Shown piece by piece: positions 1-7,147 of a stretch of DNA of 27,584 bases. Location of the stretch: assembly GCA_015523565.1 (NCBI GenBank), contig WAKA01000048.1, positions 1 through 27,584 of the forward strand, read 5' to 3'. Numbering within the stretch: position 1 is the first letter of the stretch; every line of letters begins with the position of its first letter. A model generated the notes under the pieces. It was not told where the DNA came from. It saw only the letters and a list, made by a program, of their open reading frames with translations, and made no database searches. The stretch is from Candidatus Heimdallarchaeota archaeon. GTDB taxonomy: Archaea; Asgardarchaeota; Heimdallarchaeia; Heimdallarchaeales; Kariarchaeaceae. The position numbers were made by a program, and so were the translations under genes.

Positions 1-203
1 GAAAAGAAAAATATGCAATAATAAAACTTGGAGGGTCTGCAAGAGACCTAACAAAGGGAAAAAGATTGATAGAAACTGAGATCATTGGTGAAACTGTCAG
101 CTTACATACATTCGAAAAGATAACACTGCCAAATCCGAGAATCTCTTTCGACAAATCATGGATATTCAGATATGACACATTTAAATTTTTGAAGAGCAAT
201 TAG
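1..203 (+). CDS. 3' end of a hypothetical protein (partial, runs off the window)
   Basis: Frame from nt 3 is open for 66 codons (KEKYAIIKLGGSARD...FKFLKSN) to TAG at 201-203, followed by a T-rich tract. Not in the ORF track because no start lies in the window. Confidence 0.65.
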   Translation, partial: KEKYAIIKLGGSARDLTKGKRLIETEIIGETVSLHTFEKITLPNPRISFDKSWIFRYDTFKFLKSN

Positions 204-245
204 ATCGGCGAAATGTATTTATTTTATTTTTATTTAAATTAAAAT

Positions 246-1583
246 ATGTGGAGAACTGCACCTCAGCATGTAGGAGGTGCGGTATTCTCCCGCGAACCCC
301 CATTTGTCCACATTTACGTTGTACTTCCGATTTTTGTTCCAAATCCAGTTTTCGATGGACTGGAATTTGGTGGAGAACAATTAAGTTTTAGGGAATGGTT
401 TCCATCTGCATTTGAAGTCTTAAAATCAAATGAGAAGTCATATAGTGCAAATTGTGGGGTGGAATTACCCTCATTCATTCCGAAAATTGCAGAAGTAAAT
501 AAAGAAATGGAAGATGTTTTTGTACAAATTGCAACAAGACCAAAACAGTATATTCTTGTATCTGAGTCTGGAATAGGGGCCTTTAAAATCAAAACTGCAT
601 TCAAGGGGTTTCATAATTTGGGAAAAGTCATCAAAATTTTGGAGAGTTTAAAAAAAGAAGTTCCAAGGCAGTTGAATGATTTATACCCCAATTATAGAAA
701 AGGAGAATGGCAGATATTAATGATGGTGAGTGATAAGCGTGATACGATAGGTGTTTTTGAACAGACTCTTCAGAACCGTTGGCATAGTGTCAAACTAGAG
801 GCGATAAATAACAAGACATGGATTTATTCAGGAAATGGTCTTTATGTTGTTGCAATGAAGGAAATGAAAAGCAAGAATTTTCAGAAGGTTCGTACACTAT
901 TGTTGAATGCATTTGTTCATGGAAAAGTCAGTTGCCTTGTGGCAAGGTATTTTGGTGTTATCCACAAACATATTTCAGATGAAGGGCAATGGCAGGTTTT
1001 CATGCATTGGCTCAATCCGTGGATAATTGGAGGATATATTGGCAGGAAAAGCCCATATTGGGGCATTTATTTGCAGACTATCAAGCAAATAATAGGACAT
1101 GGGAAATGTGATGAAGCCTTTAAAGGCAATGTAATAGGTTATATAAACACCCATCAATTGGATGAAAAGACAATTCTTATTGCAAGAGCCGCCTATACAA
1201 TTCCTTTTGACAAAAGAAGCAGATATATCCCTTTAATAGCAAGTCCATCAGATCAAAAAACCAGTGGCAACAAACCAATTTCAGAAAAAATCATATCCAT
1301 ACTTTATGAGCAAGCGAACCAATACGTCAAGGGTGAAGAGCTGACACCTTTTCTTACTGTAAGCAAAATATGTGTTAAATTAGGAGATAAAAAAAGGCGG
1401 AAGACAAGTGAAGTCAGAGAAAATCTGGATAATTTAACACATCTAGGCTACTTAAGGAAGAAAAAATATGTTGGTTCGGGAAGTAGGTCAAACAGTTACC
1501 AATATGCCCTTAAAACAATTGATGAGGATCAAAAACAATTAATAATTAAATATTTTGAGGATATTCTTGTTAAGGGGGAGTAG
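246..1583 (+). CDS. Hypothetical protein with probable C-terminal winged helix-turn-helix
   Basis: 445-aa ORF. The C-terminus (IISILYE...LTVSKICVKLG...SEVRENLDNLTHLGYLRKKKYVG...YQYAL) has wHTH spacing. The N-terminal ~350 aa are not recognised and the start is uncertain. Confidence 0.6.
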   Translation: MWRTAPQHVGGAVFSREPPFVHIYVVLPIFVPNPVFDGLEFGGEQLSFREWFPSAFEVLKSNEKSYSANCGVELPSFIPKIAEVNKEMEDVFVQIATRPKQYILVSESGIGAFKIKTAFKGFHNLGKVIKILESLKKEVPRQLNDLYPNYRKGEWQILMMVSDKRDTIGVFEQTLQNRWHSVKLEAINNKTWIYSGNGLYVVAMKEMKSKNFQKVRTLLLNAFVHGKVSCLVARYFGVIHKHISDEGQWQVFMHWLNPWIIGGYIGRKSPYWGIYLQTIKQIIGHGKCDEAFKGNVIGYINTHQLDEKTILIARAAYTIPFDKRSRYIPLIASPSDQKTSGNKPISEKIISILYEQANQYVKGEELTPFLTVSKICVKLGDKKRRKTSEVRENLDNLTHLGYLRKKKYVGSGSRSNSYQYALKTIDEDQKQLIIKYFEDILVKGE

Positions 1584-1707
1584 GAGGGCCATTATATGTG
1601 AGATCCTCATCGTCGTCTCCGCCACCCATGAAAATGGATACGGCGGCAATAGTCAAAGTTGCAATCCATGAAAGGATCAGGGTTGGAAATGCTAGAACTA
1701 TGTTCAT
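1570..1707 (-). CDS. Putative 45-aa single-pass membrane microprotein
   Basis: Hand translation: MNIVLAFPTLILSWIATLTIAAVSIFMGGGDDDEDLTYNGPPTPP*. It has ~25 hydrophobic residues followed by a Gly/acidic/Pro tail, and is below the ORF-track length cut-off. Confidence 0.6.
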   Translation of the reverse strand: MNIVLAFPTLILSWIATLTIAAVSIFMGGGDDDEDLTYNGPPTPP

Positions 1708-1908
1708 GCTAATTTATCTTATAGGTTGGAGCAAAGGCAGAGAATTTTGCCCATTGAGAATCATTGGTTGAATCTAATAAAATCAAAGAGATAAGGCTGA
1801 ATTTGTAGAAAAAGGCAGTGGCAAACCGTTCAAATGCATTTCAGGACACTATACATTTTCCAGCCTTAAATATTGAAATGTGAAAGTATCGGAGGAATTC
1901 TTATATAG

Positions 1909-3111
1909 GTGATGGATACGGAGATATTTGTGGAAATCATAAGGGGGTTCGAATACGTCCTCAAGCGGGAGAAAATATCCTCTACATACAAATATGCCTT
2001 ATTGACGTCAATAATGGACTACATTATAGAAAACCCCGCAGAGCTTCCAAAGAATGGCTTTCATTACATCCCCGTGCTGTATCTTGCTAAAAGGTTCCTT
2101 TACTATTATTTCCCCACAACTTTCCCAAATATCATAGAGCAAAGCGGTACAAGGCTTGCAATACAGAAGGAGATAACAAATAGGCTTGGCGACATATTTC
2201 CCAAACAGATGGAAAGCATCATAGGAATAAGGGATATGATAGAATCAGGGGAAGAGCTTCCAGAAAAGCTGGTCAGAACCTTGATCATGATAAGGTCAAC
2301 AATTCTCAAGCAACCACTCAGATACATAAAAGTGACAAGCAATGAGGAAAAGAATGTAATCCTTGGGAAGAGGACGAGGATCAGAGAGCAAAAGTTCACA
2401 ATATTTGGTCTTGAAAACACAAAGATTGAGAGACCATTTTCCTATGAGGAAGCACGATCGGATTCAAGATGGATTGGAAGCAGATACCAGCAGACATTTA
2501 ATGAAATGATTGCATCAGAGTATTGTTACATATCAATGGGAGCTTACACATTCCGTGAGCTGACAAAATACAGGTTCTTTCTTAGGGATGCCATTATCAA
2601 AAAATGGATAGAAGCAACGAGGAACTATCTGAAGAATGATACCCAACTGTATTCAAAGCTTAACAGGTTTATTGAAGGGTTTTCCGTCATTGACAGGAAC
2701 CCTGAAAGGAATTCTGCATTCATCACCAAATTCAGGATGACAATGTTCAGGCATTTCCAGCAAAAAATCAGATGCATTTACTGTGAGAAAGAACTGGAAC
2801 TTGAAAAAACTGAGATTGACCATGTGATCCCTTGGAGCAAGCTTCCAATCAACAAGTTTTGGAATCTTGCGCCGTCATGTAAAACATGCAACCTGACAAA
2901 ACATGACAAGATAGTTGAATTTGATCAAGATTTAAGAGTAAAAATCCAAAACCTGATTCAGAATTGGGTTGCCCTCTTCATAAGGGATGAAAGAATCAGG
3001 AGGGATTTTGCCTCGATGGAAGACAGTGAATTTCTTAAAAAGCATGATCCAGATATCATATCGAGAATATACACTGAAAGAATCCAAGAGATCATAGAAA
3101 CGCTATCATAG
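1909..3111 (+). CDS. HNH endonuclease (McrA-like C-terminal domain) with large N-terminal domain
   Basis: CIYC...EIDHVIPWSK...NKFWNLAPSCKTCNLTK is a zinc-binding HNH motif. The N-terminus carries STYKYALL...RFLYYYFP. The start could be the ATG at 1912. Confidence 0.88.
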   Translation: MMDTEIFVEIIRGFEYVLKREKISSTYKYALLTSIMDYIIENPAELPKNGFHYIPVLYLAKRFLYYYFPTTFPNIIEQSGTRLAIQKEITNRLGDIFPKQMESIIGIRDMIESGEELPEKLVRTLIMIRSTILKQPLRYIKVTSNEEKNVILGKRTRIREQKFTIFGLENTKIERPFSYEEARSDSRWIGSRYQQTFNEMIASEYCYISMGAYTFRELTKYRFFLRDAIIKKWIEATRNYLKNDTQLYSKLNRFIEGFSVIDRNPERNSAFITKFRMTMFRHFQQKIRCIYCEKELELEKTEIDHVIPWSKLPINKFWNLAPSCKTCNLTKHDKIVEFDQDLRVKIQNLIQNWVALFIRDERIRRDFASMEDSEFLKKHDPDIISRIYTERIQEIIETLS

Positions 3112-3215
3112 GATAGAATCGAAGTCTGTAATGCGATCGTGAAAAAACGCCAAATGACACTTGACCATACGAAAACACATTTAACCATGAAGTCAGAGAG
3201 AATAATTAGCAAGTT

Positions 3216-3287
3216 GCACAGGTGGCAGAGTGGTTCATGCAGCGGTCTGCAAAACCGCGGACGGGGGTTCAATTCCCTCCCTGTGCT
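3216..3287 (+). tRNA. tRNA-Cys (GCA), no intron, CCA not encoded
   Basis: Acceptor stem GCACAGG/CCTGTGC, D arm GCAG-AGTGGTTCA-TGC, anticodon arm GCGGT-CTGCAAA-ACCGC (GCA at 3249-3251), T arm GGGGG-TTCAATT-CCCTC. Discriminator is U, as expected for Cys. Confidence 0.97.
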
Positions 3288-3293
3288 TTTTTT
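3287..3293 (+). terminator. Oligo-T tract after tRNA-Cys (archaeal intrinsic terminator candidate)
   Basis: T7 run starting at the discriminator base. Confidence 0.5.
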
Positions 3294-3412
3294 GGAATTT
3301 TGGGAAAATATCGAAATGGGGAGATAAGTTTTTACCGTCCCCCAATATAAAAGATAATATATGACTTAATTGCTTTTAGCATTGCAAATATTAGATATAG
3401 AGGTAGATAACA

Positions 3413-3682
3413 ATGGAATTTTGTCCGAAATGTGATGCCTTATTGGTATTGGATGTAAAGAAAAGCAAGAACGGAAAACCCGTCTTCAAGTGTCGGGATT
3501 GTGATTACACATCGACAGATGAAAAAATAGTGAAAGAATACATAATAACTGAAGAAATTCCACATTCTGAAAAAGAGAAACTGGAAGTTATAGAGAGTAC
3601 GAACGACTTTGCCATCAGTGACGAGATACGTGAAGAGCTGACAGAGCAGTATCGTGAGTCATTAGAGGGGTTTGAATATTAG
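3413..3682 (+). CDS. TFS/RpoM (Rpb9/A12/C11 family) paralogue with N-terminal zinc ribbon and linker only
   Basis: MEFCPKCDALL...FKCRDCDY is the N-terminal ribbon and EYIITEEIPHSEKEKLEVIE is a TFS-like linker. There is no second CxxC..CxxC and no QTRxxDE motif. SD-like GAGGT lies upstream. Confidence 0.85.
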   Translation: MEFCPKCDALLVLDVKKSKNGKPVFKCRDCDYTSTDEKIVKEYIITEEIPHSEKEKLEVIESTNDFAISDEIREELTEQYRESLEGFEY

Positions 3683-3937
3683 ATATGAAAATATGACATA
3701 CCCCAGTTTAGAATTTGAACAGGCGAGGAATAATTGTATCATACCAATAGTATGTAGATGGGGAGATTAAATCAGAAACAAAAATAAAGAGTATCATTAG
3801 GAGGTTTTATGCAAGAGAATTCACCAATGGATTTTGGCACCAAAATAGAATTTCTTGGAATAAAGACCATTAGTCAATTCGTTGCATTAATTTTGTAAAT
3901 CTTTATCTTTTTATATTTTTAAAAAGAATAGTCCTTA

Positions 3938-4825
3938 ATGAGCATTTCAGATGATGATTTGGAACAAAAGCTTGAAATTCTTCTCCCTAGAGCTTTAAGG
4001 AATTTAGGGTACATCATCACACCGGAACAGCTCGCCACAAAGGAAGATTTTGAAGACCTAAAACAAAGAATGGATGAACGTTTTCTAAAGATTTTTGAGA
4101 GAATGGAAAAACATGACAATGAGATCAAAGAGATTAAGGGAGACATAAAGAAAATCTGGGAGGAAATAAAGGAAATTAAAGAAGAGAACAGGGACATTAA
4201 GAGCGACATAAAGAAAATCTGGGAGGAAATAAAGGAGATTAAAGAAGAGAACAGGGACATTAAGAGCGACATAAAGAAAATTTGGGAGGAAATAAAGGAG
4301 ATTAAAGAAGAGAACAGGGATATTAAGAGAGAATTAAACCGCCAGAACGATAGAATAAATAAGCTTATGTTAGTAATGAATAATGGTTTTGCCAGCATTG
4401 ACAATCAGTTTGCCAAATTTTCGATCAAATACGGAAAATTGCGTGAAGAAGAAGCGAGAAAATTACTTGATGAGGTACTGAAACACTTTGGGGTTCCCTC
4501 CTCCAAAGTTAGAAACATTCAAGTTATAGACCAAGAAGGAATTGTGTTTGCAAAGGGATATATCACAGATGTTGATGTTTATTTGGAAACTGATGAAGAA
4601 GTCTGGACCTTTGAGTTCAAGGCCAATTGCAACAGGTTTGATTTATTTGGGTTCCACAAGGTTTGCGAATTGCTTGAAAAGGGATATGGAAAAAAAGTGA
4701 CAAGGAAAATTCTTGCCTGTTTTGACATTTCTGATGAGGTAAAACGAGATGCCCAAACATTTGGCATCGAAATCTGGAAATCAAAAACCATGATACCAGG
4801 TCTTGTTTTATCAGATGACCTTTGA
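3938..4825 (+). CDS. Coiled-coil protein with C-terminal PD-(D/E)XK nuclease-like domain (DUF3782-like)
   Basis: Long heptad region followed by TDVDVY...WTFEFKAN and ...AQTFGIEIW, typical of archaeal coiled-coil/restriction-fold proteins. Confidence 0.75.
   Translation: MSISDDDLEQKLEILLPRALRNLGYIITPEQLATKEDFEDLKQRMDERFLKIFERMEKHDNEIKEIKGDIKKIWEEIKEIKEENRDIKSDIKKIWEEIKEIKEENRDIKSDIKKIWEEIKEIKEENRDIKRELNRQNDRINKLMLVMNNGFASIDNQFAKFSIKYGKLREEEARKLLDEVLKHFGVPSSKVRNIQVIDQEGIVFAKGYITDVDVYLETDEEVWTFEFKANCNRFDLFGFHKVCELLEKGYGKKVTRKILACFDISDEVKRDAQTFGIEIWKSKTMIPGLVLSDDL
4142..4330 (+). repeat. In-frame tandem repeat, 3 x 63 bp (21 aa = 3 heptads)
   Basis: Units start at 4142, 4205 and 4268 (GACATAAAGAAAATYTGGGAGGAAATAAAGGARATTAAAGAAGAGAACAGGGAYATTAAGAGM) and encode DIKKIWEEIKEIKEENRDIK[S/R]. 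Confidence 0.97.
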
Positions 4826-4913
4826 AGAAAGTGAGAAAATAGGAAATTGTTGTTGATAGTAAGATATTTTAGATACGATAAGTAAAAAAGACAGATGTTT
4901 CAAGATATAGCAG

Positions 4914-5897
4914 ATGGAAAAAAATCATGCAGTGGTAAGTGGAGCCACTGGATTAGTTGGATTTCATTTGTGTAATCGACTGCTGAGTGGAGGATGGAAG
5001 GTAACTGCCTTGGGGCGTGATTTGGCAATATTGTCAGAATTGGGGGAAAAGGGTGCTATAGTTGTACATTTGGACTTACGGAGTGATTTGTCAGAATGGC
5101 CTGAATTTGAATCAGGTGCATATTGGTTCCATTGTGCTGCGGCAGTTTCAGGAGCAAGTAATGAACTTTTATGGGAGGTCAATGTTGAAGGAACGAGAAA
5201 ACTGATTAAATGTGCATTGGCAAATGAAGCCAAGTATTTCGTGCATACATCGTCAATAGCAGTATATGATTTGGATACTGGTCGACCATTTCGGGAAGAT
5301 GATGAATTACGTCCTGCATCCGCATATGGTCGAAGCAAGTTGGAATCAGAGCATTTGGTGATAGAGGAATTGGAGGGAGTCATTCCCTTTTTGATATTTA
5401 GACCACCTTTCATTATTGGACCTCGTGACAGAAATTTTGGGTATGAAATATACCGTCGTTTAAAGCGAAGGAAATTACCCTTGGTTAGCCGAGAGGGTCG
5501 CATAGGGTTGATTGATGCAAGAGATCTGGTGACAGCATATATTGAGGCGGTTCGGATTGAATTGCAAGGGATTTACAATATTCAATCACATGCAGTTTAT
5601 TTTTCGGAATTTGTTCGAAAGGTGAGTGAAACAACAGGGGTTAAAATGCCGCGAATGCGACTTCCATATTCGTTGGCATATGCAACAGCATTGGGAGTTG
5701 AGACGATCAACAAGGTTATTGGTCGTAGTCCAGACAGAGGGTTATCACGGTACAGGCTTAAGACATTGACTGTTGATCGTATATTGGACACATCAAAATT
5801 GGAAACTGTTATGGCATTCCATCCCAGACCTTGGGAGAAGTCAGTGGAGGATTGGTGGCGGGAGGAGTTGGATAGCAAAGTACAAAAAGAATATTGA
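4914..5897 (+). CDS. Extended SDR, NAD-dependent epimerase/dehydratase (3-beta-HSD-like)
   Basis: SGATGLVG Rossmann motif, FHCAA, VNVEGT, HTSS, catalytic YGRSK, RPPFIIGP. Confidence 0.9.
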   Translation: MEKNHAVVSGATGLVGFHLCNRLLSGGWKVTALGRDLAILSELGEKGAIVVHLDLRSDLSEWPEFESGAYWFHCAAAVSGASNELLWEVNVEGTRKLIKCALANEAKYFVHTSSIAVYDLDTGRPFREDDELRPASAYGRSKLESEHLVIEELEGVIPFLIFRPPFIIGPRDRNFGYEIYRRLKRRKLPLVSREGRIGLIDARDLVTAYIEAVRIELQGIYNIQSHAVYFSEFVRKVSETTGVKMPRMRLPYSLAYATALGVETINKVIGRSPDRGLSRYRLKTLTVDRILDTSKLETVMAFHPRPWEKSVEDWWREELDSKVQKEY

Positions 5898-5937
5898 TCA
5901 TTCAGGGATAAAGATTTGGGATTTGGATTGTGTATTC

Positions 5938-7044
5938 ATGAACGAGCAAGAATATCTTATTACAGATGTAAAAGCGGCATGGCAAGGGGAGATAATAGAA
6001 TGCTCGTTGTTAGTTCAAGGAGATACAGTCAGGTTTGGAAAGGAAGTTCCATTGCAATCCCATCCGTCACAGTCGGAACGTGTTGTCATCAATGGAAATG
6101 GTTCATTGGTCATGCCAATGATAAAAGACCAGCTTTCATTTATAAGTCGAAATATTGTTGATGCAGATTTAAGAAGATTAAAACTGAAAATGCATATGGG
6201 AGGTGTGAAAACGGGGGTGCTATTGCTTGAAGAGGAGGTCACAAGGATAAAGTGGCTTGATGTTGCCCGTGCAATCCGTAGAACTATGGGATCAGGCTGG
6301 ACATTTGCAGGAAATGATGCGCATATAAGAAGATGGGCTCAAGTGGAACAAGAACTTCCAGACCTTTTGTCTTTGGATGCCGTTCAGGCATTGAAAATAC
6401 GAGGAGATAAACGGATTGCAGTTTGTGAGGGACAGGAGCATAGGCGTCAGTCCCATCGACATGCATTCACCCCATTTCTTTATTCGTTGGCAATGACTAA
6501 CTTGGTATTGGAGGAGCAAAAGCCAAATGAAACATTGCAGGAGACAATCAATCGAATGAACAATGAAATTGATGAGATTGAAGGGTTACAAATGGTTGAA
6601 AAGGTTGGTGCCCCATATTTGGGTGCAACATTTGCGCACAGTTATGCGATGACTGGATATTTTCTTCCTTCATTAGTTTTGGATAGTAAAAGTCGTTTAC
6701 AACCCAATTTAATTCCGAGACGATCATCTACAATGAGATATCACTTGTTGAAGAACATTTCAAGACAACGTCGGTTACGTATTTGTGTTGGCAACAATAA
6801 TGAAAGGGATCGAGAAATCAATTTGGGATATGAAGTGGGAGATCATGCCTTACCAATATTGATTGAGGCATTAAAGCCATTTGCATCGTGGATTAGAATT
6901 TCAGAGCTTCTTGGAGGTCATGATAATTCTTCTGATTTTGTGCTTTTGTCAAAAGGAAAAAAGCAGGATATCTTCGATGGGATGGAAATAAGGTTTCAGG
7001 TCGACTACGCATTTAGTGGAGGAAATATCTTATTTGAAAGGTAA
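5938..7044 (+). CDS. Degenerate cyclic amidohydrolase-fold protein (dihydropyrimidinase/dihydroorotase-like), probably inactive
   Basis: VINGNGSLVMPMIKD resembles IDAxGxxVxPGxID, GGVKT resembles GGVTT, and the C-terminal SDFVL...DIFDGMEIR..V.....GNILFE resembles ADLVI...N(I/P)FEGM. The HxH motif is absent. I chose the ATG at 5938 to avoid overlapping the SDR. Confidence 0.6.
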   Translation: MNEQEYLITDVKAAWQGEIIECSLLVQGDTVRFGKEVPLQSHPSQSERVVINGNGSLVMPMIKDQLSFISRNIVDADLRRLKLKMHMGGVKTGVLLLEEEVTRIKWLDVARAIRRTMGSGWTFAGNDAHIRRWAQVEQELPDLLSLDAVQALKIRGDKRIAVCEGQEHRRQSHRHAFTPFLYSLAMTNLVLEEQKPNETLQETINRMNNEIDEIEGLQMVEKVGAPYLGATFAHSYAMTGYFLPSLVLDSKSRLQPNLIPRRSSTMRYHLLKNISRQRRLRICVGNNNERDREINLGYEVGDHALPILIEALKPFASWIRISELLGGHDNSSDFVLLSKGKKQDIFDGMEIRFQVDYAFSGGNILFER

Positions 7045-7147
7045 ATTGTCACATTGGACATTGCCTTGCTTTTGCATAAAATCGGTTCAGTGCAGATCCT
7101 TACCAACTTTAGACGGCTTGATGAGACGACATTACCTTTTCATGGAA

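Noticed and set aside
201-248. TAG readthrough (pyrrolysine) fusing the first partial ORF to the in-frame ORF at 246
   Set aside because: An in-frame TAA at 240-242 intervenes.
1909-3111. HNH protein as Cas9/IscB
   Set aside because: No RuvC motifs, bridge helix, array or IS ends were seen. Only the generic HNH motif is shared.
3216-3287. tRNA-Cys as the att site of an integrated element
   Set aside because: I saw no duplicate of either tRNA half and no integrase in the window. One outside the window cannot be excluded.
3139-3327. 62-aa ORF, and the antisense ORF 2958-3272
   Set aside because: Both overlap the tRNA-Cys gene and are spurious.
4142-4330. Direct repeats as a CRISPR array
   Set aside because: The units are contiguous with no spacers, are a multiple of 3 and lie in frame in a coiled-coil CDS. 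There are no cas genes.
5773-5937. N-terminal extension of the 423-aa ORF
   Set aside because: It overlaps the SDR by 125 nt, and the family-like sequence begins at the ATG at 5938.
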